A DNA stretch of 64,000 bases from Myxococcota bacterium (GCA_965247115.1 CBDFGR010000002.1:1952001-2016000); one strand, 5' to 3'; shown: positions 10,357-20,485, counted from the first letter of the stretch. Program-made: numbers and translations. The notes: a model not told the origin generated them from the sequence alone.

Positions 10357-11928
10357 CTACTCGGGAAGCACTTCGTGCGCGACCACTGGCTCGCTCTTTC
10401 CTGCCAGCGAAAGCTCGAGCCTTCTCCCGAAGCTGCAGTCGAGTTCTGCCAGGTTGCCCCGCACCTCGTCGGTCACGAGCAGGCTCGCATCGTGAACCTT
10501 GGTCTGCCCCTCGAGGCGGGCTGCCACGTTCACGACGTCTCCGATCGCCGTGAACTGCCTCTTGAGTCGGAAGCCCACCTGACCGGCGACGACGGGACCG
10601 AAGCTCACGCCGATGCCCATTTGGAACTCGCGCCCCACGTGGGCGAGGAGGTAGCGGTTCACGTCCGACATGCGCCGGAGCATCCCCAGTGCGGCGCGAA
10701 CCGCATCCACGCACGGGGAGACGGCGCGGTTGGTCTGCAGGCCGAAGAGCGCCATGATCCCGTCGCCAAGGTAGTCCTTGATGTACCCGCGATGCTCCTC
10801 GATGGGCTCGCACACCGCTCCCAGGTACCGGTTCAGGGCATGGACCACATCGTAGGGGAGGTGCTCCTCGGAGAACGAAGTGAAACCTCGCAGGTCCGAG
10901 AAGAGCACGGCGAGCTTCATCTCTCGCCCGGCGGAAGTCTCGTCGCCGGTCATCGCGTCGACCGCATCGTCCGCGTCGACTACCAGGCGGCGGGCGCGGA
11001 CGGGACCGGTGACTCGGGTCTGGCAGGCAAGGCGAATGTCGGGTGGGAGTCCCTTGATGCGGGCGAGCCGCGCCTCGATCTGGTTGCGAGGCAGACAGTT
11101 CTCCTGGCCGTCGAGGATCAGCACCCGACAGGTCGAGCACCTGGCGCGGCCCCCGCACTCGGACATGTGGGGGATCCCGTTCTGCTGTGAGATCTGGAGC
11201 AGCGTCTGGAGGGCGGTGCCTGCGGCCTTCTCTCCTCCTTCGTACTCGACGACCACGCGCCGCGGCAGATCGTGCAGCTGCGGCTCCTGCGCAGCGATGG
11301 CGGGAGCCTCGGGAGCCGGAGAGAGAAACCTGGCGAGGTAGCTGTCCGCTTGGTGTGACCGAGGCTCGCGCGCAGATCGGTCCGTCATCTGCTCGGCGAC
11401 GCTCTTTGCCCCTCGGATCATGCCGTCCGCGATCAGCTTCAAGGCATCGAGCCAGGCAGCCTCCACTTCGTCGTTGAAGCGCTCGCCGAGCACGTCGCGA
11501 AGTGCCTCACAGAACGCACGCGCTGCCTCGGCGTAGAGGTCGGCCTCTGCTCCGTAGCGGAGGTGGCGATACCCGAGACCCTCGAGTACGGGCGCGAGCT
11601 CATCCAGCCGATCGGTCCCGCTGATCACCAGTCCGACGGCCTGGAGCACCATCTGCCCCTGCTGCGTCATGTCGACGCCGTCGAAGAGCTCCCTGCTCTC
11701 AGGTGCTGCTGTGAAGAAGTGCTGGTAGAAGCGCGACGCTAGACCGGGCTCCCGCACGGCCTCACGAAAGCTCGAGCTCAGCAGCTCCGCCGTTTCGGAG
11801 TTCACGGTGGGAGAGGTACCATACTGATCGGGCGCTTGCCGATCGGGCGCTTTGCCGATCTGATCGGGCGCTTTGCCGATCTGATCGGGCGCTTGCCGAC
11901 CTGGTCGGACGCGTGCCGACCGCTTCAC
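10357..11928 (-). CDS. Globin + [2Fe-2S] ferredoxin + class III adenylate/guanylate cyclase fusion (start 11928 or 11805)
   Basis: Globin (RFYQHFF..APESRELF, LGYRHLRYG, EAAW); Fer2 (CGGRARCSTC...RLACQ); cyclase (LFSDLRGFT, YLGDGIMALFG, TAIGDVVNVAARLE). Confidence 0.88.
   Translation of the reverse strand: MKRSARVRPGRQAPDQIGKAPDQIGKAPDRQAPDQYGTSPTVNSETAELLSSSFREAVREPGLASRFYQHFFTAAPESRELFDGVDMTQQGQMVLQAVGLVISGTDRLDELAPVLEGLGYRHLRYGAEADLYAEAARAFCEALRDVLGERFNDEVEAAWLDALKLIADGMIRGAKSVAEQMTDRSAREPRSHQADSYLARFLSPAPEAPAIAAQEPQLHDLPRRVVVEYEGGEKAAGTALQTLLQISQQNGIPHMSECGGRARCSTCRVLILDGQENCLPRNQIEARLARIKGLPPDIRLACQTRVTGPVRARRLVVDADDAVDAMTGDETSAGREMKLAVLFSDLRGFTSFSEEHLPYDVVHALNRYLGAVCEPIEEHRGYIKDYLGDGIMALFGLQTNRAVSPCVDAVRAALGMLRRMSDVNRYLLAHVGREFQMGIGVSFGPVVAGQVGFRLKRQFTAIGDVVNVAARLEGQTKVHDASLLVTDEVRGNLAELDCSFGRRLELSLAGKSEPVVAHEVLPE
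11824..11920. repeat. Imperfect tandem repeat, about 5 units of 15-21 bp (core GATCGGGCGC(T)TTGCC)
   Basis: Directly visible; on the minus strand it encodes APDQIGK-APDQIGK-APDRQ-APDQ. Confidence 0.85.
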
Positions 11929-13202
11929 CCCCGCGAGGGATGGGATACGCGAACGGGCATCTCGGTGACGGCAACATGCTCTTGCAACGCCTGTTGCTGC
12001 TGCCGATAACCTTCGATGTGGCGGCCGTAGCTACGGGCTGCGGGCGCTGCGCTCGCACCGTGCAACAACACGCTCGCGAGGACTGTGAGGGTCACGGCTG
12101 CGAAGATCTCTTCGCGGTGCGGAATGCCGGAGGACTCCACGATCAGCAGCCCGAACAGGATGGAGGCGAGACCCCGGGGTCCGAACCAGCCCAGGAACAC
12201 GACCGAGACGGGTCTCAGGCGTGCCCCCAGGAGCCCGAGGGAGACAGGCAGCATGCGGACGAGGGTCAGGCTCAGGAGCGCGTATACGGCGATCTCCACG
12301 CTCCAGTGCTCGATCGAGGGACCCACCAGCAGTGCGCCGAACAGCGAGAAAGTGACGAGGACCAGCAGCTGGCCCTCCACCTCCGTGAACTCGTAGAGAC
12401 AGCTGCACACGGAGCGAGCGCTGTTCCCGATTGTGAGTCCGGCGACGAAGGTCGCGATGAATCCGTTCCCGCCGACTGCGTCCGCGCCGGCATAGGCGAG
12501 CAGCGCGAGGGCGAGACCCGAGAGCTGCTGGAAGCTGTGGTTCATCCAGCCCGCTTCCGAGGTGCGCTGCACGATCTTGCCGCCGAGGTACCCGACCGCG
12601 ATACCCACGAGTGGCCCCAGCAGGAGCTGCTTCGCCGTGTATACCACCCACGGTGTCACCTCCTGCTGGCTCCCCGCTTCGGCCAGCGCTGCAAGCAGGA
12701 GGACCGCGGGTAGGGCGAGTCCGTCGTTGAGGCCGCTCTCGACGTTCAGGCTCTGGCGCAGTCGCACCGGTACGACCGGGTCGCTCACCACGGCTTGCCC
12801 GAGTGCCGCGTCGGTGGGAGTGAGGATCGCCGCCAGGAGCGCAGCCTCGAAGATCGAGAAGTCAGGGAACAGGCCCAGCGCGACGAGGGTGCCGAGCCCG
12901 AGCGTCAGGGGCATGCTGACGACGAGCAGCCGCAGGGGCAGGTGGTACTCGCGTCGTAGGGTGCGGAGGTTGATACGCGCGGCGTCCAGGAAAAGTACCA
13001 GGGCCAGTGTGATCTCCGCGAAGGCGTGCACCCAGGTGGCCCCACCATCGACGGACACCAGGTGCAACCCGTACGGGCCGATTGCCAGGCCGAAGGCCAC
13101 GAACACCATGGGTGGTGTCACGATGCTCATCTGGACGCGCATCGAGATCAGGCCGAAGCCAAGGATCAGGAGTCCCAGAGCGAGAAGAGAGTGGGCGTCC
13201 AT
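11925..13202 (-). CDS. CPA1/NhaP-type cation:proton antiporter
   Basis: LTPTDAALG, ESGLNDG and WFGPRGLAS motifs, many TM helices; start ATG 13202 with GGAGG. Confidence 0.92.
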   Translation of the reverse strand: MDAHSLLALGLLILGFGLISMRVQMSIVTPPMVFVAFGLAIGPYGLHLVSVDGGATWVHAFAEITLALVLFLDAARINLRTLRREYHLPLRLLVVSMPLTLGLGTLVALGLFPDFSIFEAALLAAILTPTDAALGQAVVSDPVVPVRLRQSLNVESGLNDGLALPAVLLLAALAEAGSQQEVTPWVVYTAKQLLLGPLVGIAVGYLGGKIVQRTSEAGWMNHSFQQLSGLALALLAYAGADAVGGNGFIATFVAGLTIGNSARSVCSCLYEFTEVEGQLLVLVTFSLFGALLVGPSIEHWSVEIAVYALLSLTLVRMLPVSLGLLGARLRPVSVVFLGWFGPRGLASILFGLLIVESSGIPHREEIFAAVTLTVLASVLLHGASAAPAARSYGRHIEGYRQQQQALQEHVAVTEMPVRVSHPSRG

Positions 13203-13297
13203 CGTGCCTCCGGTGCCGTATTCTAGAACGGCCGAGCCTGCGCCGTCCGTCTTGTCATTCTCGTCGTCGAGAGATAGAAGAGTGTCGAGGCTAGCCA

Positions 13298-14734
13298 GTG
13301 GACTACTTTCCCTTACTCGTGCCAGGCGGGAAGGCGGGCTCGCGCCCCGCCAGCGTCGACGCACCATTCGACGGGTCGGTCATTGCGGAGATCGAGACGG
13401 CGGGTGAGGACGTGGCCGAGCTGGCGCTCGGTACTGCGTACGCGCTCTATCGCGATCGCGATGCCTGGCTCCCTCTGCCGCGAAGAATCGAGATCCTCGG
13501 ACGCGCCGCGGAGCTCATGCAGGGCCGTCGTGACGAGCTTGCTCATGAGGCGGCTCGCGAGGGCGGAAAGCCTCTCATCGACTCGCAGGTCGAGGTCGAC
13601 CGGGCCATCGATGGCGTGCGCGAGTGTGTAGAGCTGCTGCGCACGCGTGCGGGTCGCAGGATCCCCATGAACATCAACCCGGCCTCCAGTGGCCGGCTGG
13701 CGTTCACGCATCACGAGCCCATCGGCGTGGTGCTGGCGTTCAGCGCCTTCAACCACCCTGTGAACCTGATCGTGCATCAGGTCTGCCCCGCCGTAGCTGC
13801 CGGGTGCCCCTTCATCGTGAAGCCCGCGGAAGCCACGCCGCTCTCGTGCATGCGCGTGGTGTCGATCCTCAGGGAGGCGGGACTTCCCGAGGAGTGGGGA
13901 CAGGCGCTCCTGGCGAGCGACAGGGGCGTTGCGAGCAAGCTCGTCAGCGATCCGCGCGTCGCGTTCTTCAGCTTCATCGGCAGCGGCCGCGTCGGCTGGA
14001 TGCTGCGCTCCATGCTCGCGCCGGGCGCTCGCTGTGCGCTGGAACACGGGGGTGCCGCCCCGGTCATCGTGTCGAAGGATGCGGACCTCGACGAGGCTGT
14101 GCCGCTGCTCTCAAAGGGGGGGTTCTATCACGCCGGTCAGGTGTGCGTGTCGGTTCAGCGCGTGTTCGCAGAGCGCAGCATCGCGCGGGAGCTCGCGTCG
14201 CGACTCGCCACGGCCGCCAACGCCCTCAGGGTGGGCGACCCGACGCTGCCGGACACGGAGGTGGGGCCGCTGATTCGTCCCGGCGAGGTCGAACGGATCG
14301 ACGAGTGGGTCCGCGAAGCGCGAGATCGCTCCGGTGAGATCCTGTCCGGGGGGACGGCGCTCTCCGAGCGAACATTCGCGCCGACCGTGGTTCTCGACGC
14401 GCCGAACGACGTGCGCGTCAGCACGCTCGAGATCTTCGGCCCGGTCGTGTGCGTGTACTCCTACGACGACATCGATCAGGCCATCGCGCGCGCGAACGCG
14501 CTCCCGTATTCGTTCCAGGCGGCCGTGTTCACGAGCAACCTCGACACCGCGCTGCGGGTCACGCAGCGAATCGACGCCGCAGCCGTCATGGTGAACGACC
14601 ACTCCGCGTTCCGTGTCGACTGGATGCCGTTCGCGGGTCTGCGCGAATCCGGCTTTGGAGTCGGTGGCATCCCGTACACGCTCGAGGACATGCAGGTCGA
14701 GAAGATGACCGTAATCCGCTCCAAGGAGCTCTGA
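13298..14734 (+). CDS. Aldehyde dehydrogenase family protein
   Basis: AFNHP, KPAEATP, FIGS, LEHGG, GQVCVS, EIFGPV and PFAG motifs. Confidence 0.93.
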   Translation: MDYFPLLVPGGKAGSRPASVDAPFDGSVIAEIETAGEDVAELALGTAYALYRDRDAWLPLPRRIEILGRAAELMQGRRDELAHEAAREGGKPLIDSQVEVDRAIDGVRECVELLRTRAGRRIPMNINPASSGRLAFTHHEPIGVVLAFSAFNHPVNLIVHQVCPAVAAGCPFIVKPAEATPLSCMRVVSILREAGLPEEWGQALLASDRGVASKLVSDPRVAFFSFIGSGRVGWMLRSMLAPGARCALEHGGAAPVIVSKDADLDEAVPLLSKGGFYHAGQVCVSVQRVFAERSIARELASRLATAANALRVGDPTLPDTEVGPLIRPGEVERIDEWVREARDRSGEILSGGTALSERTFAPTVVLDAPNDVRVSTLEIFGPVVCVYSYDDIDQAIARANALPYSFQAAVFTSNLDTALRVTQRIDAAAVMVNDHSAFRVDWMPFAGLRESGFGVGGIPYTLEDMQVEKMTVIRSKEL

Positions 14735-14791
14735 GCGGATCGCGTGATGTAGGATCCCTGGTCTAGGGCTCGAATCTGGCTGGAGGAGAAC

Positions 14792-15622
14792 ATGGAATAT
14801 CAGGCCATTCTGTATGAGAAGAAAGAGGCCATCGCCTATATCACCTTGAACCGCCCCGAGAAGCTCAACGCGCTCAGCCAGGAGATGATGGCGGAGCTAC
14901 GGCACGTGCTGAACGACATCGACGGAGACGATGCCGTGCGCGTCGTCATCCTCACGGGCGCCGGGCGAGCGTTCTCGGCTGGCTTCGACATAAGCGGTGA
15001 GAGCGTGGACGGCGATGGGCGGGAGATCTACGAACGCCAGCCCGACGAGTGGCGCCAGTCGCTCAAGGAGAACATCGACACCTTCTTGCTGATCTGGAAC
15101 CTGAGCAAGCCGGTGATCGCCGCGATCAACGGCTATGCACTCGCGGGTGCGTGCGAGCTGGCGCAGCTCTGCGACATCAAGATCGCTTCCAGCGAGGCCG
15201 TACTGGGCGAGCCTGAGATCCGCTTCGGGACGGGCCCTCCTCTCCTGATCACTCCGTTCAGTGTCGGTCTCGCGAAGGCGAAGGAGCTGCTCTTGACCGG
15301 CGATATGATCGATGCGCACGAGGCCGAGCGCCTGGGGATGATCAACCGCGTGGTGCCACCTGATCGCCTGATGGAGGAGTGCGAGCGTACCGCTCGCAAG
15401 CTCACGAAGATCGCTCAGGTGGGCCTGAAGCTGAACAAAATCGCCGTCAACCGGGCGTTGGAAGGTATGGGGTTCTTGAGCGCGATTCAGCACAACCTCG
15501 AGCTCGTAGTCCAGTTCGACATTTCCCGCACGCCGGAGCAAGAGCAGTTCAATTCGATCCGGGCCGAACGCGGCTTGCGTGCTGCACTGGATTGGCGCGA
15601 CGAGCGCTTCGCGGAGGACTGA
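14792..15622 (+). CDS. Enoyl-CoA hydratase/isomerase family protein
   Basis: LNRPEKLNA, AFSAGFD, KPVIAAINGYALAGACE and EPEIRFG motifs. Confidence 0.92.
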   Translation: MEYQAILYEKKEAIAYITLNRPEKLNALSQEMMAELRHVLNDIDGDDAVRVVILTGAGRAFSAGFDISGESVDGDGREIYERQPDEWRQSLKENIDTFLLIWNLSKPVIAAINGYALAGACELAQLCDIKIASSEAVLGEPEIRFGTGPPLLITPFSVGLAKAKELLLTGDMIDAHEAERLGMINRVVPPDRLMEECERTARKLTKIAQVGLKLNKIAVNRALEGMGFLSAIQHNLELVVQFDISRTPEQEQFNSIRAERGLRAALDWRDERFAED

Positions 15623-15712
15623 GGCCACGTCCTCGCCCCCCGGGTGTTGCCTCTCCGGCGAACGACCCCGAGTTGCCGTCGACGTTCCCCGACCCGTAGC
15701 ATGCCTGCCTAG

Positions 15713-16609
15713 ATGCCGTCCGCCCCGACTACTGGAGAACGAGAGAGGCCCGGCCCGACCGCCGCGGACTTCGAAGGTTCGGCAACGGACCACCGCCTGC
15801 TCACCGCGCCCTGGTATCTCCCGGTCGCCGATGAGGTGGAGGTCTTCCTCGCCGCCTACCAGGCGCGGCTGCCGGTCCTGCTCAAGGGTCCGACGGGCTG
15901 CGGCAAGACCCGCTTCGTGGAGCACGTCACGTGGCGCCTGTACAGGGGTACCGAGGCGCAGCGCAGCCGGCTCGAGGAGCCCTTGGTCACGGTCGCATGC
16001 CACGAGGACCTGACGGGAACCGATCTCGTCGGTCGCTACCTGCTGGAGGGGGACGAGACCGTCTGGATGGACGGTCCGCTCACGCGCGCCGTTCGCGAGG
16101 GCGCAATCTGCTACCTGGACGAGATCGTCGAGGCCCGCAAGGACACGACCGTACTCATCCACTCCCTGACGGATCACCGGCGCATGCTGCCGATCGAGAA
16201 GCGCGGCGAGACGCTCGATGCGCATCCGGACTTCCTGCTCGTCATCTCTTACAACCCGGGCTACCAGAGCGTGCTCAAGGACCTCAAGCCGAGCACGCGC
16301 CAGCGCTTTGTGAGTCTCGAGTTCGACTATCCGGACGTGGAGCTCGAGGCGAGCATCATTGTCCACGAGAGCGGAGTCGACGAGCGCGCCGCCGAGCGTC
16401 TCGCGACGATCGGCGAGCGGGTGCGCAATCTGCGCGAGCACGGCTTCGAGGAGGGTGTCAGCACGCGGCTCCTGATCTACGCCGGAAAGCTCATGACCCA
16501 GAAGATCGAGCCGCGCCGCGCTTGCGACGTTGCCGTCGCTCGCGCAGTGAGCGACGATCCCGACGTGCAGCAGGCGATCAACGAGATCATCGACGTCCTG
16601 CTGCCCTGA
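15713..16609 (+). CDS. CbbQ/NirQ/NorQ-type AAA+ ATPase
   Basis: GPTGCGKT Walker [44 protein letters not shown] and STRLLIYA motifs. Confidence 0.93.
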   Translation: MPSAPTTGERERPGPTAADFEGSATDHRLLTAPWYLPVADEVEVFLAAYQARLPVLLKGPTGCGKTRFVEHVTWRLYRGTEAQRSRLEEPLVTVACHEDLTGTDLVGRYLLEGDETVWMDGPLTRAVREGAICYLDEIVEARKDTTVLIHSLTDHRRMLPIEKRGETLDAHPDFLLVISYNPGYQSVLKDLKPSTRQRFVSLEFDYPDVELEASIIVHESGVDERAAERLATIGERVRNLREHGFEEGVSTRLLIYAGKLMTQKIEPRRACDVAVARAVSDDPDVQQAINEIIDVLLP

Positions 16610-16613
16610 GCTC

Positions 16614-18776
16614 GTGCCCTCCCCCTCACAAGCGGTGCACCTGGTCGACGCGCAGCGCCTGCTGTCGCTCTTCAGTCAGGGCATATCGGGTCGGATCTTC
16701 CGTCTCGAGCCACTGGAGGCTCTGCCCGAGAGCTTCCGGCCGGCGGCACTCCCGCTTGCGATGAGCGACGGGCTGTTCGTCTACCTGCCGGAGCAGATTG
16801 GTGAATTCGAGGAGTCGCGCGCCAACCTCGGGCTCTACAGGGTCGCGCTCATGCACCAGCTCGGCTACTTCGAGTTCGGGACCTACGAGTTCGAGCTGGA
16901 GCTCGCGCGCTCGCGCATCCCGGAGCTCCGGTTGCGCGAGGCGAAGAGCACCCTGGTCCGGCCCGGCGAGCTCCAGAAGCTCTTCGACTGCTTCGACGAA
17001 GCTCGCCTCCTGCGCGTGCTCTTCTGTGTCTTCGAGGACTATCGCGTCGACCGTTGTCTCTTCCGCGCGTACCCCGGCCTGCGCGGGGATCTGAATCGCG
17101 CGATGACCCTCGCGCTCGGCCTCCGCGGAGCGCACCCCGTGATCGATGGGGCAGCGTCGCTCCTGGAGGCGCTGGTCCGCTACACGCTCGAGGCACCCGT
17201 GGCTGCCCTGCTGGGGTCGGACCGGACCGGTCTCCTGACGCCCATGCTGGGCGAGCTGGCGCGAGTCCGGGACCCCGGGGCTGACGTCTACGAGAGTGCC
17301 GCTGGGGCGATCGAGTGTCTCGAGCTGCTCCGCGACGCGTTCCAAGAGACGGGCGCGGGACCCTCCCGGTCCGCGCCAGAGGAGACGAGCCTTTCGAGCG
17401 CTCAGCCCGGCGAGTCGGAGTCGGCGCCGTCGCTCGAGGGCATCGAGGCTGACCTGGCGCCGGTCGAGTTCCGCGGCCGGCCAGAGTTCGAGCTGGCCCA
17501 GCTGCGGCTCCGGATCGAGAGCGCCGAGCAGCTGCTCGACACTCTGGCCGAGGCCGGGTCCGCAATCCCGCTGGAGATTCTCCTGCGGCTTGCAGAGGAG
17601 GTAGGCCTCCGACTCGAGGTTGGTGGGCAAGAGAGCCCGGGCGGCCAGGGCCTGCCAGCGGACGAGCTGGCGGGGCCCGCCGCGGACAAGGCAATGCGAA
17701 GCGCGGTGGACGAGCTCGACCTCCGCACGCAGATGGACCGCGCAGCACTGGGGCGCACGTTCGGGCAGGTGAGCCGCGGCGAGCGGAGCTTCCTCATCGA
17801 CGAATGGGATTGCGGCCGGCGCATCTACCTCCGCGGCTGGTGTCGACTGCTCGAAGAGCGGCTCACCGGATCGAACGGTCGCGGGTTCCTCGACGGCGTG
17901 CGGCACCGGCATCGTATTCTGTTCAGTCGCGTGCGCCGCCAGTTCCAGTATGCGAGGCCCGAAGCTTATCAACGCGTCCGCAGGGTGGACGAGGGAGAGG
18001 AGATCGACCTGGACGGCGCGCTCGAGGCACACATCGACCGACGCGCGGGTCTCGCACCGAGCGATCGAGTGTACCTGCGACGGGACAGGGCCCGCCGAGA
18101 GGTCGCCGCCGCCTTCCTCGTGGATCTCTCCGCCTCGACGAGCGAGGCGGTTCTCGACCCGGCTGCCGGGCCGCCGGAGGAGCCATCCGACGACTACCTC
18201 TGGGGCATCCACGATCCGCCAGAGCAGGAGCGAGAGCCGCCCCGGTGCGTACTCGACATCGAGAAGGAGGCGCTTGCGTTGATGGTGCAAGCGCTCGAGA
18301 CCCTTGGAGATGCGTACGGCATCTTCGGCTTCTCGGGCCACGGCCGCCGCAACGTCGAGTACCACGTTGCCAAGGAGTTCGGAGACCCCCTCAGCCTCTC
18401 GGTCTGGAACGCGATCGCCGCGATGCGCCCGCGGGGCTACACCCGGATGGGACCGGCGATCCGCCACACCATCCAGAAGCTCAGTCGGCAGGACGAGACC
18501 CGCAAGGTACTCCTGTTGCTGAGCGACGGCTTTCCACAGGACACGGACTACGGCCCCGACCGAAACGATCTCGAGTACGGCATCCAGGACACGGCGCAGG
18601 CGCTGGCAGAAGCCGAGCAGGCCGGCATCCAGACCTTCTGCGTCACGGTCGACCGCGCCGGCCACGACTACCTGAGAAGAATGTGTCCGGACCAGCAGTA
18701 CCTCATCATCGACGAAGTCGAATCACTCCCCGCCGAGCTAGGCAAGATCTACCGCACTCTCACTCGGATGTCCTAG
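16614..18776 (+). CDS. CbbO/NorD-type VWA domain activation protein
   Basis: C-terminal VWA with DLSAST, YTRMGPAIRH and LLLSDGFPQD; DEWD motif; follows the AAA+ gene after 4 bp. Confidence 0.9.
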   Translation: MPSPSQAVHLVDAQRLLSLFSQGISGRIFRLEPLEALPESFRPAALPLAMSDGLFVYLPEQIGEFEESRANLGLYRVALMHQLGYFEFGTYEFELELARSRIPELRLREAKSTLVRPGELQKLFDCFDEARLLRVLFCVFEDYRVDRCLFRAYPGLRGDLNRAMTLALGLRGAHPVIDGAASLLEALVRYTLEAPVAALLGSDRTGLLTPMLGELARVRDPGADVYESAAGAIECLELLRDAFQETGAGPSRSAPEETSLSSAQPGESESAPSLEGIEADLAPVEFRGRPEFELAQLRLRIESAEQLLDTLAEAGSAIPLEILLRLAEEVGLRLEVGGQESPGGQGLPADELAGPAADKAMRSAVDELDLRTQMDRAALGRTFGQVSRGERSFLIDEWDCGRRIYLRGWCRLLEERLTGSNGRGFLDGVRHRHRILFSRVRRQFQYARPEAYQRVRRVDEGEEIDLDGALEAHIDRRAGLAPSDRVYLRRDRARREVAAAFLVDLSASTSEAVLDPAAGPPEEPSDDYLWGIHDPPEQEREPPRCVLDIEKEALALMVQALETLGDAYGIFGFSGHGRRNVEYHVAKEFGDPLSLSVWNAIAAMRPRGYTRMGPAIRHTIQKLSRQDETRKVLLLLSDGFPQDTDYGPDRNDLEYGIQDTAQALAEAEQAGIQTFCVTVDRAGHDYLRRMCPDQQYLIIDEVESLPAELGKIYRTLTRMS

Positions 18777-18856
18777 TGCTTCCCCACGCTCGAGCAACCG
18801 CGCCTCTCTGTGACGCCGGGTCAACCCGAGTGGCACCGTCACGGGGCGCCTGCGAG

Positions 18857-19673
18857 TCATACGCTCCGCTTTGAGTTCCACTCTCCCCGGGGAGAGTGGT
18901 CTTGCCGTGCGAATCGCGCCATGTACTCAGCCCCATAGTCCTGCACCGCCGCGTAGTGGTTGTGCCCCCGACAGCGCAGCTCGATACGGTCGATCGAGTG
19001 CCGCTTCGCCCTGGCCCACGGGTCCCGATGATGGAACTCGAGAAAGTCGCGTGAGCTGCAGCGGCGGCCGTTCGCCCCGACGAATGCACAGCGACCGTCG
19101 TCCCGCGCAACGACTGCCCGCTTGATCTCCGCCGGTATGTGGAACCGGAGTCGAGACGGCCGATTCGCGACTCGACCTCTCGCATGGCGGACCACCGGTC
19201 TCAGGGGGTGTCAGGATCGTAACTGCCGGCCTGGACTCTCGGAGCTTTCTCACCCGCGCCGGCACGTCAGGTTTCGGTGCGCGATCGGCGAGGATCACTT
19301 CGATCGCACGCCTGCTCTTGTGGCGTGCTAGGTCGAGCAACTCCACGTGGTTCTCCGGATTGAGCGCAGGCGCGAGCAGGTTCGCTCCTGACAGGTGAAT
19401 CGCGCCCTCACAAATCCGCTCGAGCAGAAGAGGGTATGCACGCGCAGCCCGCGCGACGCGAATCCGGCGAAAGGCTGTTGCTTCCGAGAAGTGGAGAACT
19501 TCGGTGCAGTAGCGAAACATGCAGGAGCAGCCCTGTTCGAGATAGAGCTCGCGCCGATCGACCTCCGCAAGATACGCGATCAGATCCGCCTCGTTCTGGC
19601 GGCTCGTTGCCACGAGCTCGTCGAGTCCTCGCAGCAGCTTGTGATTTGAAACGGTCTTCAGAGAGATATTCAT
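18857..19673 (-). pseudogene. DUF222-like/HNH endonuclease gene, frameshifted near 19200 and probably internally deleted
   Basis: N-part (LAEVDRRELY..GCSCMFRYC..LHFSE..AFRRIRVAR) and C-part (HIPAEIKRAVVARDDGRC...LEFHH..PWA...IELRCRGHN) lie in different frames. Confidence 0.78.
18878..18899. repeat. Perfect 22-bp palindrome CCACTCTCCCCGGGGAGAGTGG at the 3' end of the HNH gene
   Basis: Directly visible; self-reverse-complementary. Confidence 0.9.
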
Positions 19674-19903
19674 CGTGTGGTTCGTTCGGGACCGAGAAGA
19701 AGTGAGGTCCCAACTATAGCGCGACGTATTTCAGTGTCAGAGGATGCGCTGTGCGGACTGATCGAGCGCAACAGAGACTTCGAGAATCGAATTCGCACGA
19801 ACGAGTAGCAGAGAGGCGTGACTGTCTCGAGCGGCAGAGTTACGGCACAGAACTCGGTTCGACTCGTTCGAGTTCTCAAGACCTGTCAAGAGCTGTTGTG
19901 TTT

Positions 19904-19925
19904 TTTCTTGAGACTTCTCAAGAAA
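19904..19925. promoter_or_regulatory. Perfect 10-bp inverted repeat TTTCTTGAGA-CT-TCTCAAGAAA (binding site or hairpin)
   Basis: Directly visible, AT-rich, between the DUF427 stop and the HNH gene start; function unknown. Confidence 0.45.
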
Positions 19926-19930
19926 CCTGC

Positions 19931-20485
19931 TCACCAGTCCTCCGAGCCGGGGCTGCCTTTGAAGGGGCCGACCAGCTCGGGTGTCAGCCAGCCGCCGTAG
20001 AAGCGGCCGGGTTGGGGGTCGACATGCGTGTTGTCGACGAAGCACGCGACGCGGGCTGGGTAGAAGCAGAGGTGGTCGTGGAGGGCTGCGTACTCGGGAA
20101 AGGGATCGGGGTAGTCCCACGCAACGTTCTCGAGGAACCGATCGCGCAGGCGAACCGACCAGTAGCGCGCCAGGCCCTTCCACTCGCAGGCGGAGCTCTC
20201 TGTACTGGCTTCGAACCGCTCGAAGCGCACATCTGCGGCGGGAACGTAGAAGGCTGGGGGGCTCGCGGTCTCGAGCACGCGGAGGGCGCGCTTGGTCTCC
20301 GCCAGCAGCACGTTGTCTGCGCGCACGACGATCCGGCGCTCGTCCGGCCGGATCTCCGGCGGGCGAGGGTAGTCCCAGACGGATTCCTGACCGGGTCCGG
20401 GAGCCTGCGCGAACGGCGGACGCTCTTGCCCGCGGTGGTGCCACACCGTGCGTCGCTCCGCTGCCCAGCGAGGGAGATCGGTCAA
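19931..20485 (-). CDS. DUF427 domain protein
   Basis: QESVWDYPRPP, LETASPP, CEWKG and FYGGW motifs. Confidence 0.87.
   Translation of the reverse strand: MTDLPRWAAERRTVWHHRGQERPPFAQAPGPGQESVWDYPRPPEIRPDERRIVVRADNVLLAETKRALRVLETASPPAFYVPAADVRFERFEASTESSACEWKGLARYWSVRLRDRFLENVAWDYPDPFPEYAALHDHLCFYPARVACFVDNTHVDPQPGRFYGGWLTPELVGPFKGSPGSEDW

Noticed and set aside
11824..11920. CRISPR array
   Set aside because: Units are contiguous without unique spacers and there are no cas genes.
16626..18665. Long antisense ORFs (also 14897-16441, 54099-55628, 56010-57962, 59763-61748)
   Set aside because: Shadow frames of real high-GC genes with no recognisable motifs.
15713..18776. Evidence for denitrification or the Calvin cycle
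   Set aside because: Only the chaperone pair is present; the structural genes are absent from the window.
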